This document shows, piece by piece, positions 22,933 through 31,196 of a stretch of 32,000 nt of DNA; position 1 is the stretch's first letter, and every line of letters begins with the position of its first letter. Source of the stretch: Candidatus Nanopusillus sp. (GTDB taxonomy: Archaea; Nanobdellota; Nanobdellia; Nanobdellales; Nanobdellaceae); NCBI GenBank assembly GCA_049414405.1, contig JBMSAQ010000015.1:92608-124607 (forward strand). The letters run 5' to 3'. The notes under the pieces were generated by a model. The model made no database searches. It had not been told where the DNA came from and saw only the letters and a list, made by a program, of their open reading frames with translations. The translations under genes and the position numbers were made by a program.

Positions 22933-24786
22933 ATGATGAATATTAAGGAAGAATTATTAAAGGAATTCGCATCAAAGGATATAAATAAGATAATATTTGA
23001 AGGGCCAAAGATAGTGATATATGTAAACAATATAGATTTATTTATTAGAGGAATTGAAATAGGAAAAAATTTAGCACAAAAATATAAAAAAAGGATAGAA
23101 ATAAGGATAAATCCGAAATTATTGGGGGGGGAAGAATATATTAAAGAAAAAGTAAAAGAAATATTAAATGAAATAAAAATAAAGGATATCTATCTTGAAA
23201 GACATAGATCTACATTATATATTGAAACTTATGAGCCGGAAAAAATTAATTTAAATTTAATCAATAAATTAAGGGAAGAAACTCTATGTAATATTATAAT
23301 ACAAAGGGCCCCATTAAAATCTTCAAAAATAATAAATGTTATTAGGGCATATTTACATAAAAATTCTTCATATAAATCTGAATTTTTAAATAAGGTTGGA
23401 GAAAAAATATTGGAAAGAAAACCACAAAGATTAGATCATTATAGAATTGCCTTTTTAGGTGCTGGAAGGGAAGTTGGAAGATCTTCATTTTTATTACAAA
23501 CAAGAGAAAGTAATATTTTATTAGATTGTGGTCTGGGTGCTGGAAATTATTCAGAAGATAGATATCCAATATTAAATATACCAGAATTTGATATACAAAA
23601 TTTAGATGCCGTAATTATTTCACATGCACATTTAGATCACGTTGGATTTATCCCATACTTATTTAGAATTGGGTGGAGAGGACCGGTCTATTTAACAGAA
23701 CCAACGAGAGATGTTGCAGCTTTAGTTTTATTAGATTATTTAAAAGTAAGCAATAAACAGAGTAAAAACCCAATATTTACGACAAAAGAAATTAAACTAT
23801 TTTTAAAACATTCTATTACATTAAATTATTCTGAAGTAACAGATATAACCAGTGATATAAAGATATCATTCCATAATGCAAATCACATAATTGGATCTTC
23901 AATGGTTCATATAAACATTGAAGGGAAACATAACATACTATATACTGGAGATTATAAATTTAATAAAATGCCTTTATTAGAAAAACCGAACACCATATAT
24001 CAAAGACTAGAAACATTAATAATTGAAAGTACATATGGGGGGTTAAATGATAAACATCCACCAAGAGAAGAAACTGAAGTATTATTTATTCATGATATAA
24101 AAGAAACAATTGAAAAGGGAGGAAAGGTATTAATACCGGTATTAGCAGTAGGAAGAGGACAAGATGTTTTATTAACATTAATAAATGCAATTGAAAATAA
24201 GGTGTTGTCAGAAGTAAATATATATTTAGAAGGAATTGTTTGGGAAACATCAATGATTCATACAGCATATCCAGAATTTTTAAGTAAAGAAATTAAAGAA
24301 AAAATAGAATCTGGAAGAAATCCTTTTGAAAGAGAAAATGTAATAAGGGCAAGTAAACATGAAAGAGAACAAATTATAACATCCAATGAACCTTCAATAA
24401 TAATTGCAACTTCTGGTATGATGCAGGGAGGTCCTATATTAGATTATTTTAGTTATGCTGCAGAAGATGAAAAAAATTTATTAGCTTTCGTTTCATATCA
24501 GGCACAGGGTACTTTGGGTAGAACAATATTGGATGGTCAAAGAGAGATTGTACTAAATGATAGAAAAATAAATGTAAAAATGAAAGTAAATAGATATGAA
24601 GGTTTTTCTGGCCATGCAGATCATTTTGAAGCAATATCTTTTATTAAATATTTAAGACCAAAACCAAAACAAGTTATTACAGTACATGGTGAAATTCCAA
24701 AACCATATGAACTAGCATCAAAGATATATAAAAAATTTAGAATATATTCATATGCCCCAAAAAATGGTGATATAATTAGATTATAA
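22933..24786 (+). CDS. aCPSF1 (FttA) KH / metallo-beta-lactamase / beta-CASP ribonuclease
   Basis: N-terminal KH-like region. HAHLDHVG (HxHxDH). beta-CASP motifs (ESTYG, ...FSGHAD..., VHGE). Length is typical of archaeal CPSF1. The first Met could be 22933 or 22936. Confidence 0.9.
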   Translation: MMNIKEELLKEFASKDINKIIFEGPKIVIYVNNIDLFIRGIEIGKNLAQKYKKRIEIRINPKLLGGEEYIKEKVKEILNEIKIKDIYLERHRSTLYIETYEPEKINLNLINKLREETLCNIIIQRAPLKSSKIINVIRAYLHKNSSYKSEFLNKVGEKILERKPQRLDHYRIAFLGAGREVGRSSFLLQTRESNILLDCGLGAGNYSEDRYPILNIPEFDIQNLDAVIISHAHLDHVGFIPYLFRIGWRGPVYLTEPTRDVAALVLLDYLKVSNKQSKNPIFTTKEIKLFLKHSITLNYSEVTDITSDIKISFHNANHIIGSSMVHINIEGKHNILYTGDYKFNKMPLLEKPNTIYQRLETLIIESTYGGLNDKHPPREETEVLFIHDIKETIEKGGKVLIPVLAVGRGQDVLLTLINAIENKVLSEVNIYLEGIVWETSMIHTAYPEFLSKEIKEKIESGRNPFERENVIRASKHEREQIITSNEPSIIIATSGMMQGGPILDYFSYAAEDEKNLLAFVSYQAQGTLGRTILDGQREIVLNDRKINVKMKVNRYEGFSGHADHFEAISFIKYLRPKPKQVITVHGEIPKPYELASKIYKKFRIYSYAPKNGDIIRL

Positions 24787-24808
24787 AATTTTTTTAAAAG
24801 AAGAATAA

Positions 24809-25423
24809 ATGATTAAAAAGTACAGATATATTGCTATAGATGGTATTGATGGATCCGGAAAAACAACAATTGCAAACTTATTATACAATGAATTATCTAA
24901 GAGATATAATAGGGTAATATTAATGAAAGAACCTTATGATGGTGATTTGTCTAAAAAAATAAAAGAAATAATTTCAAAAGAGCATGAAAAAAATTTAGAT
25001 TATGGATATCTATTAGCATTATTATTTACTGTCGATAGGAGTATAAAAAATATTGATTTGAAGAAATATTTAAGTATTGGTTATATTGTTATTTCTGATA
25101 GAAGTATTTATTCCACATTTTCTTATCAAATCTTGTATGAAGGAATGGACATTGAATGGTTAAAATGTATATCAAAATATATAACTAGACCCGACATTAC
25201 CTTTATATTGGATATTGATCCGAAAATTGCAATAGAGAGAATAGCTTCTAGAGGCAAAAGTACTACAATCTATGAAAATGTTGAATTTTTAAAAAAAGTA
25301 AGAGAAAATTTCTTAAAGTTGAAAGAAATACTCTCTGATGACAATATAATTTACATTAATGGAGAAGAAAAACCAGAAAAAATATTGGATAAAATATTAA
25401 ATATAATTGAAAACCATATTTAA
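24809..25423 (+). CDS. tmk: Thymidylate kinase
   Basis: P-loop IAIDGIDGSGKTT, DR(S/Y) motif VISDRSIYS, ~200 aa. Confidence 0.8.
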   Translation: MIKKYRYIAIDGIDGSGKTTIANLLYNELSKRYNRVILMKEPYDGDLSKKIKEIISKEHEKNLDYGYLLALLFTVDRSIKNIDLKKYLSIGYIVISDRSIYSTFSYQILYEGMDIEWLKCISKYITRPDITFILDIDPKIAIERIASRGKSTTIYENVEFLKKVRENFLKLKEILSDDNIIYINGEEKPEKILDKILNIIENHI

Positions 25424-25497
25424 ACATTATCTTATATTTAACCCCATCTAAACTTTACTATTTTTATTTAAATATATTATAAAAGTTTCAAAAATCT

Positions 25498-26037
25498 CTA
25501 AATTAAAAATCTGAACACTTCAATTATTTTAATATTTGATATTAACGGACTTAATAATTCAGAAAAATTAAGGATAGAACTAAAAAACAAGTAAAAAATA
25601 TAAGATAAAATTATAGAAAACAACACATCTGATAACCAGTGCTTTATGGTAATAATTCTTAATATTGGTGTTATCAATACCAAAATATTACCTGTTATTA
25701 TAAAGGATAATGTTGCAATTATTGTATGTTCACTTGGAAAAGAGTGATTCTCATGAACCAATATAGCGAATCTTTTATCGAAAAAATAATATGGCCTTTT
25801 TCTACTAAATATTAATTTCAATAAATAAGTTGTTGCTGTAGATATAATAAAAAGAAAAATATAGCTAAAATCAATGAAAAATACAATATATAAAATAAAA
25901 TATAAATTTATTAAATATGAAATTGCATCAATTATATAAACAATCACCAATTTATCTTTTAATTTTTTATAAAAATATTCTGATATTTTATAATCAATTA
26001 TAAATATTTTATTAAGCAATATTAAATTATTTTTCAT
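25498..26037 (-). CDS. PAP2-family membrane phosphatase (polyprenyl-diphosphate / lipid phosphatase type)
   Basis: PAP2 motifs KLIFSRKRPY, SFPSEHT and IKHWLSDV. The track start at 26052 is a TTG codon, so I use the first ATG (MKNNLILL, 26037). Confidence 0.75.
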   Translation of the reverse strand: MKNNLILLNKIFIIDYKISEYFYKKLKDKLVIVYIIDAISYLINLYFILYIVFFIDFSYIFLFIISTATTYLLKLIFSRKRPYYFFDKRFAILVHENHSFPSEHTIIATLSFIITGNILVLITPILRIITIKHWLSDVLFSIILSYIFYLFFSSILNFSELLSPLISNIKIIEVFRFLI

Positions 26038-26145
26038 AAATCTATTATACAAACCTGTCTTTTATATGACTATAGCTGTATTGTCTAAATATAAACGTAA
26101 CCTATCACTCATGATTTATAGTTTATAAGTATTATCTAACCGTGT

Positions 26146-26245
26146 TGAAAACTTATAAATTTCAAAATATTATATGTATAGTCAAAAATTTTAATTTCAG
26201 AAATTAAGCTTAATAATATATTATTTTAAAATTTATAAGTTTTCA
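26146..26245. repeat. Perfect 17-nt inverted repeat TGAAAACTTATAAATTT (26146-26162) / AAATTTATAAGTTTTCA (26229-26245), 66-nt spacer
   Basis: Read directly. Each arm contains the AAATTTATAAG box also seen upstream of genes 4019-4207 and vapB, oriented outward (divergent). Confidence 0.7.
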
Positions 26246-26436
26246 TATAAATTAAACATATAAAGCTTTTTATTTCCAATTTATAAAATTTTGCTTATAG
26301 TAATAAAAAATATATATTAGTAACTACTTGAGAATAGACAATTTCCACCAATGAAATAACTATTCCACAGTCATAATGCAAGTTGATATTAACAGATCAT
26401 AAAATGCTATCCAGAATTTTATGACAATATATAATT

Positions 26437-27702
26437 TTACCTGTTTAATAACCATTTCCACAATGGTATTAATTTTATTTCTTTATTATCTTTAATTACT
26501 TTATCTTCTAAATCCCATGTAATAATTTTTAAATCATTACAATTTAATAAATTAGATGCTTTAATTAAAGATCTAATTTCTCTTTTGTCCATTTCATCTA
26601 TATTATTTATATAAGAAACTTGAATCAATTCTTTTATTATATTGTTTTCTTTTATTAGAAAATCTACTTCGTGTTGTTGATAATCTTTAAAATAGTATAT
26701 TTCAATTAATGGATTGTTATTAATTAATCTTAACAAACCCAAATAAACTATATTTTCTATTCTTTTTCCTATATCATATTTACCAAACAAATTTGCAAAA
26801 GATGTGTCACATAAATAAACCTTTCTTGGCCATCTTTTTCTTTCAAAAAATTTGTTAGAATATTTTTCTATAAAGAATATAGACATTGTATTTTGTATTT
26901 TATCTAAATATGAAAATATTGTCTTCTTTGTATTTATATTAAATTGATTTTCTATAAATTTTTTTATTCTATTTATGCTTATTTCATTAGAAAAATTTTG
27001 CATTAAATATTCAAAAATTATTTTTGCAACATTAAAGCTTCTAATTTTCCCTCTTTCTATAAAATCTTTATAAAAGATTGTTTCATAATATTCTTTAATT
27101 ATCCTTTCTTTATCTTCTATAAAAATTACTTCCGGATATCCTCCAAAGTTTGTATATTCCCTTAAATATTCTTTTATCTTTTCTATTTCGCTTATACTCA
27201 ATATCTCAGAAACTTTCATCTTTGTTTTTAGAAATTCTCTAAAAGAAAATGGTAATAATATATAATATATTGTCCTACCTCTTAATTCAGTTAATAATTC
27301 TTTTGGTAATAACCTTGAAGACGAACCTGTTAGATATATGTTATATCCTCTATCAATTAGCGTTCTTACCAATTTATTCCAATTTTCTAAATTTTGTATT
27401 TCATCTAAAAATATTGTATTTATTTTTACATTATATCTAGATTCATATAAAGATATTATATTTAAAATTTCTTCTGCTTTAATATTTGAAAATTCTATAC
27501 TCTCAAAATTAATATATACTGAATTATCTTTATTAGATAAATATTTATTTAATAATAAATATGTTTTTCCAGCTCTTCTAGGGCCAACAATGGATATAGC
27601 CTTGTTCTCTATATTTTTTATATTTAATTCTCTTTCAATATAATTTATTTTTCTCTCCCTTATTCTTTCAAAATATTCTATTATGATCCTTTCATCATAC
27701 AT
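26437..27702 (-). CDS. AAA-type ATPase with C-terminal DUF4143 region (AAA_14/DUF4143 family)
   Basis: Walker A VGPRRAGKTYLL, Walker B IFLDEIQ, and the family motif KVYLCDTSFAN. ~420 aa, as is typical for this archaeal/bacterial family. Confidence 0.8.
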   Translation of the reverse strand: MYDERIIIEYFERIRERKINYIERELNIKNIENKAISIVGPRRAGKTYLLLNKYLSNKDNSVYINFESIEFSNIKAEEILNIISLYESRYNVKINTIFLDEIQNLENWNKLVRTLIDRGYNIYLTGSSSRLLPKELLTELRGRTIYYILLPFSFREFLKTKMKVSEILSISEIEKIKEYLREYTNFGGYPEVIFIEDKERIIKEYYETIFYKDFIERGKIRSFNVAKIIFEYLMQNFSNEISINRIKKFIENQFNINTKKTIFSYLDKIQNTMSIFFIEKYSNKFFERKRWPRKVYLCDTSFANLFGKYDIGKRIENIVYLGLLRLINNNPLIEIYYFKDYQQHEVDFLIKENNIIKELIQVSYINNIDEMDKREIRSLIKASNLLNCNDLKIITWDLEDKVIKDNKEIKLIPLWKWLLNR

Positions 27703-27710
27703 ATAATTAC

Positions 27711-27752
27711 TATTATACCAAAATTTTATAAAAATGGTATAATAATTATACC
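27711..27752. promoter_or_regulatory. Operator-like repeats bracketing the ATPase TATA box: TATTATACC (27711-27719), then A/T box, then palindrome GGTATAATAATTATACC (27736-27752)
   Basis: The 17-nt element is a perfect palindrome about its central A. Its left half is the inverted complement of 27711-27719. The TATA-like AAAATTTTATAAAAAT (27720-27735) lies between them, 18-33 nt from the ATG at 27702. Confidence 0.45.
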
Positions 27753-27790
27753 AGAATAGATTATTAAAAAAGATAGAAAGTAATAAATTT

Positions 27791-27985
27791 TTATTTATTT
27801 AATAACCATAACCCAACAACATTTGATAAACCAGTATCTATTGAATATACTTTTTTGGTGCTTTTTCTTGTTTCTTCAATGATGGATGATGCATCTTAAC
27901 AAAAAATATTAAGAAAGACTCTGCCATATAATTAAAAAATCTTTCTATTGTTAATTTATTTATTTTTAAAAAAATCTTCTAAAGA
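27791..27985 (-). pseudogene. Decayed fragment of a second AAA_14/DUF4143 ATPase gene (in-frame stops, at least one frameshift, internal deletion)
   Basis: Minus-strand hand translation across frames gives LEDFFKNK*INNRKIF*LY / AESFLIFFVKMHHPSLKKQEKAPKKYIQ* / IDTGLSNVVGLWLLNK*. This is collinear with the intact neighbour (KKFIENQFNINTKKTIFSYL...MSIFFIEKYSNKFFERKRWPRKVYLCDTSFANLFG ... LWKWLLNR*). Confidence 0.6.
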
Positions 27986-28004
27986 TGAAAAAGTGGATTA
28001 TACA

Positions 28005-28415
28005 TCAAAGTTCTGAAATTTTTATATTATATTTTTTAGCTATTTTTTTCAAATCTTCATCATGGGTAATAAATGAACAGTTTAATCTTTTAACAATTGA
28101 CAGTAAAATAAAATCATTTAAATTACTTTTACTTAATTTTTTATTATTTTCCTTTATCATCTTTAAAGCTTCCTTAACATCTTTAATTTTTATGCTTTCT
28201 ATTTCAAACAATTCTAAGTTATTTATTACCCTATAAATAGTATCAACATCATCCGCATATTCTATTAAAACCCCTAGAAATTCGTAAATGACTACTTCTG
28301 GTAATATAATATCATAACTCGTTAATATGTCTAGACTTTTTTGATGATCTTCATAATCTTCAAATGTAGCCCTAACTAAAACATTTGTATCAACAATTAT
28401 TCTTTCTTTTTCCAT
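28005..28415 (-). CDS. vapC: PIN-domain toxin VapC
   Basis: IIVDTNVLV at the N-terminus and ITHDEDL near the C-terminus (PIN acidic residues). ~135 aa. Overlaps the upstream antitoxin gene by 19 nt. Confidence 0.75.
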   Translation of the reverse strand: MEKERIIVDTNVLVRATFEDYEDHQKSLDILTSYDIILPEVVIYEFLGVLIEYADDVDTIYRVINNLELFEIESIKIKDVKEALKMIKENNKKLSKSNLNDFILLSIVKRLNCSFITHDEDLKKIAKKYNIKISEL

Positions 28416-28660
28416 CTTTTTATTTCTGGGTATTCTTCTTCAATAATATCTTTATCATGTTTTTCTATAACTCTATTTATGTCTTCTTGAGTTAACTTTC
28501 TACCTAATCTTAATTTTACCCATTCTATTGGTTTAATGATTATAGCATTATTTTTTTCATCTTCTTCTACTATTAAATATTGACCCTCCTTTATATTCAA
28601 CTTTTTCCTAACCTTTACTGGTATAGTTATTTGATAATTTCTAGTAACTTTTACTTTCAT
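28397..28660 (-). CDS. vapB: AbrB/SpoVT (MazE-like) antitoxin VapB
   Basis: MKVKVTRNYQITIPVKVRKKLNIKEGQYLIVEEDE is the swapped-hairpin AbrB-type DNA-binding motif. Small, and sits upstream of the PIN gene. Confidence 0.75.
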   Translation of the reverse strand: MKVKVTRNYQITIPVKVRKKLNIKEGQYLIVEEDEKNNAIIIKPIEWVKLRLGRKLTQEDINRVIEKHDKDIIEEEYPEIKRWKKKE

Positions 28661-28667
28661 ATTATAT

Positions 28668-28679
28668 TGGTATGTACCA
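28668..28679. promoter_or_regulatory. Palindrome TGGTA-TG-TACCA between the vapB TATA-like box (28683-28694) and its ATG
   Basis: 5-bp arms with a 2-nt spacer, 8-19 nt upstream of the vapB start. This is the typical position for TA autoregulatory operators. Confidence 0.4.
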
Positions 28680-28803
28680 TTGCTTATAAATTTTATGTCT
28701 ATACAAAATATTTTCTTTATTTACTTGTTCCAAATTAAATCAATTAGTTGTCTAAAATTTTCTTTTTTAAACGTCGAAAATAAATAATTGACAAACTAAA
28801 AGG

Positions 28804-29205
28804 TTACATTCTGAATTGGCCTCCTTGACCTCCCGGATAATTTGGATATCCTGGATATTGTTGTGGTGGCATACCTGGTCCCATCATTTGTCCCTTACCA
28901 TAATTCCTCGCTATTTCATTTAAATCTCTTTGAACTATGTATGGCATAATTATACCTACAAATAAGAATAGTATAAAGTATATTATTGCATTATCTTTTT
29001 TAGTAACATAAGCCCATCCTTCCGTATATCTATATAGCCAGTATATGTTCACTATTGGTATTAGAGCTAATATATATGATGGTATATTTGCCCCCAATTC
29101 ATTCAATTCATTTTTTGTCTTATACTCCCAATACAGAAAATATATCCCAAACGTCACAAAACTCAATATATAAACAAGAAGTATATTCCTTTCTTTTGGT
29201 GGCAT
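28804..29205 (-). CDS. DUF4234-like small membrane protein with a Pro/Gly/Gln/Tyr-rich C-terminal tail
   Basis: ILSFVTFGIYFLYWEYKTKNELNELG resembles the DUF4234 signature (tfGIY.lyW.yk...el). Three TM helices. Tail GKGQMMGPGMPPQQYPGYPNYPGGQGGQFRM. Confidence 0.55.
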   Translation of the reverse strand: MPPKERNILLVYILSFVTFGIYFLYWEYKTKNELNELGANIPSYILALIPIVNIYWLYRYTEGWAYVTKKDNAIIYFILFLFVGIIMPYIVQRDLNEIARNYGKGQMMGPGMPPQQYPGYPNYPGGQGGQFRM

Positions 29206-29246
29206 TTAATTTTAATCTTCGTTATTATTTATAAATCTTTCGCTAA

Positions 29247-31022
29247 TTATCTTTTTGTCTTTTTCTTATTTAAATAATCTTTAATAAAATTATACAATTC
29301 TTCTCCAATTTTTCTCTCATTTTCCTTCATAACTTTAGACAAATCTTTTACTATTTCCACATTTTCTTCAATTATTTTTTCCTTTAAAGTTATATCGGGT
29401 TTATCTTCTAATTTTTCTAAATTTTCTTCCATTTTTCTTGTAAAGTTTATATCTAAAATATCTGGATAATATCTTTCAAATATTTCAACAATTTTTTTAC
29501 CAAGTTCGGTGATTTTTATTGACTTACCTTCAACATATCTTCTCTTAAATAAAATTTCAACAATATCTGCCCTTGTGCTTTTTGTTCCTAGATTTAATTC
29601 TTCCATTTTTTTAATCAAAGAAGCTTTGTTATATCTTGTAGGTGGTTTTGTTTTTCTTTTTAATATATTAACTTTATCTATCAACAACCTTTCTCCTATA
29701 CTAAATTTCAAGGAAATAAAATTGTCCTTGTATATATCCCAATAAATATCTAACCACCCTCTGTATTTTATATCATAATAATTATAAATAAAATTTTCTT
29801 TCGTAACAATATTTATTTTATATACAATTGCTGGATCATAAAATGTTGCAATAAATCTCTTAACTATTAAATCGTAAATTAACTTTTCCTTATATTCTAA
29901 ATACTCTGGAATATTTCCTGTAGGATGTATTGCTGGATGTACATCGTCTTTAGATCCATTATTTGGCTTTAAAATTTGTTTTTCCAATAAAAGAATTATA
30001 TGTTTTTTGTAAGAATTTATTAATGATAAGTTTGATAATATTTCCCTAAAATTAATTGTTTCAGGTAATTTTTGAGATGCTGTCCTTGGATAAGATATAT
30101 AACCTTTTTCATACAAGGATTGCAAAATATCTAAAGTTCTTTTTGGACTAATTTTATAATATTTATATGTGTCCATCTGTATATCTGTTAAATTATATGG
30201 ATGTGGTGGGCTTATTTTTTCTTCTTTTTTATCCACATTGTTAACAATTAAATATTCTTCTAAACTGTTTTTTATTTTATTTGCCTCATCTCTATCATTT
30301 ATTTTATCTTTCATATATGAAAATTTCAATTTTTTATCACCCTTTATAACTAAAGCTTCAACTTTATAGTATTCTTCTGGTTTAAAGTTTTTAATTTCAT
30401 TTTCTCTATTAAATATCAACATTAGTGTTGGACCTTGGACCCTCCCAATACTTAAAACAAATTTTCTAGTATAATAAAGTAAAGATCTTGTTAATGCTCT
30501 AGATAAATTAATACCGTATAGCCAATCAATTATATGTCTAGTCTCTCCAGCAAATATATATCCAAAATTTAGACTTTCTTTCCTATTATTAAAAGCTCTA
30601 ACTATATCTTTATATGTTATGGTGGAAAATATCATTCTACCCGCATTTTCTTTATTTAATATATATCTTAAGATATTATAACCTATCAATTCTCCTTCTA
30701 TATCATAATCTGTTGCAATTATTATATCATTCTCATCTTTAAATTTACTAAACATCTCAATATAGTATTTTTTTGCAATAATTCCATCCTCAAAATATGA
30801 TGGAACCCATCTATAATTGAATGTGGGATAATCATATTTTTTATCCAAATCTGATAATGTAAATAGATGACCAATTGCTGGAACAACGTATATATTCTTT
30901 CCTTCTAGATTAAAATAATAATAATATGTATTTTTTGAAAATTTTATTATCTTATACCTGTTATTTGACAAAAATATAGAAATCTTTTTAGCTACAGAGG
31001 GTTTTTCTGCAATTATTAACAT
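29247..31022 (-). CDS. topA: Type IA DNA topoisomerase (archaeal topoisomerase III-like), no C-terminal zinc fingers
   Basis: TOPRIM MLIIAEKPSVAKKI and IIIATDYDIEGELIG. Catalytic-Tyr motif GYISYPRTASQKLP. Confidence 0.9.
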   Translation of the reverse strand: MLIIAEKPSVAKKISIFLSNNRYKIIKFSKNTYYYYFNLEGKNIYVVPAIGHLFTLSDLDKKYDYPTFNYRWVPSYFEDGIIAKKYYIEMFSKFKDENDIIIATDYDIEGELIGYNILRYILNKENAGRMIFSTITYKDIVRAFNNRKESLNFGYIFAGETRHIIDWLYGINLSRALTRSLLYYTRKFVLSIGRVQGPTLMLIFNRENEIKNFKPEEYYKVEALVIKGDKKLKFSYMKDKINDRDEANKIKNSLEEYLIVNNVDKKEEKISPPHPYNLTDIQMDTYKYYKISPKRTLDILQSLYEKGYISYPRTASQKLPETINFREILSNLSLINSYKKHIILLLEKQILKPNNGSKDDVHPAIHPTGNIPEYLEYKEKLIYDLIVKRFIATFYDPAIVYKINIVTKENFIYNYYDIKYRGWLDIYWDIYKDNFISLKFSIGERLLIDKVNILKRKTKPPTRYNKASLIKKMEELNLGTKSTRADIVEILFKRRYVEGKSIKITELGKKIVEIFERYYPDILDINFTRKMEENLEKLEDKPDITLKEKIIEENVEIVKDLSKVMKENERKIGEELYNFIKDYLNKKKTKR

Positions 31023-31196
31023 AAAAATACTTTTATTAATTATATTTTTGAATTATTTATCTCTCTACATCATAATCTTTTTGAGTATTATAATATCAAA
31101 TTATCAAAATTTTAATATCTATAAATGTTGGTATTTGTTTACTACTTATAAGTTTAGACACACACCCATTTATTTCTTGAAAGATCTTTTATATTA

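Noticed and set aside
26038-26052. Track start of the PAP2 ORF at 26052.
   Set aside because: The codon at 26052-26050 is TTG. The first ATG (26037) is preceded by a TATA-like CATATAAAAG at a suitable distance. This is a minor boundary issue only.
26339-26470. Three same-orientation ATTTCCAC / ATTCCAC boxes (26341, 26362, 26455), whose complement GTGGAAA resembles the core of archaeal origin-recognition boxes. I considered an oriC in the 384-nt gap.
   Set aside because: All copies are in one orientation with no flanked unwinding element. One copy lies inside the ATPase coding sequence, where it simply encodes the conserved LWKW C-terminus (TGG AAA). The upstream copy is better explained as a decayed paralog of that same C-terminus. 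No orc1/cdc6 gene is nearby.
28661-28803. Possible N-terminal remnant of the decayed ATPase upstream of vapB (minus-strand SLSIIYFRRLKKKILDN* versus intact IIEYFERIRERKINY), and a 30-codon plus-strand ORF starting at 28695.
   Set aside because: The similarity covers only ~12 low-complexity residues with a gap, and the downstream registers do not stay collinear. The 30-codon ORF has no support. Left as unexplained spacer carrying the vapB promoter and operator.
534-30369. About 25 short (60-128 aa) ORFs in the track lie antisense to, or nested within, the long genes. Examples: 534-782, 719-934, 3350-3553, 5620-6006, 9629-9892, 11379-11570, 11583-11774, 11849-12094, 12617-12961, 13357-13566, 14112-14315, 15949-16167, 16456-16741, 16955-17164, 21102-21554, 22614-22811, 23342-23569, 24086-24268, 24449-24634, 27249-27643, 27985-28236, 29509-29745, 30169-30369.
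   Set aside because: Each overlaps a gene with strong family motifs on the other strand or frame. Their translations are F/L/I/S/Y-rich low-complexity strings typical of shadow ORFs, and none has a recognisable motif or well-placed promoter.
29247-31022. Could this be the topoisomerase half of a split reverse gyrase, as in Nanoarchaeum equitans?
   Set aside because: The N-terminal TOPRIM reads LIIAEKPSVAKKI and ATDYDIEGE. That is the topoisomerase III/TopA style, not the IVESPNKA / DPDxEGE style I associate with reverse gyrase. No helicase-half gene is adjacent. Proper phylogeny is needed to be sure.
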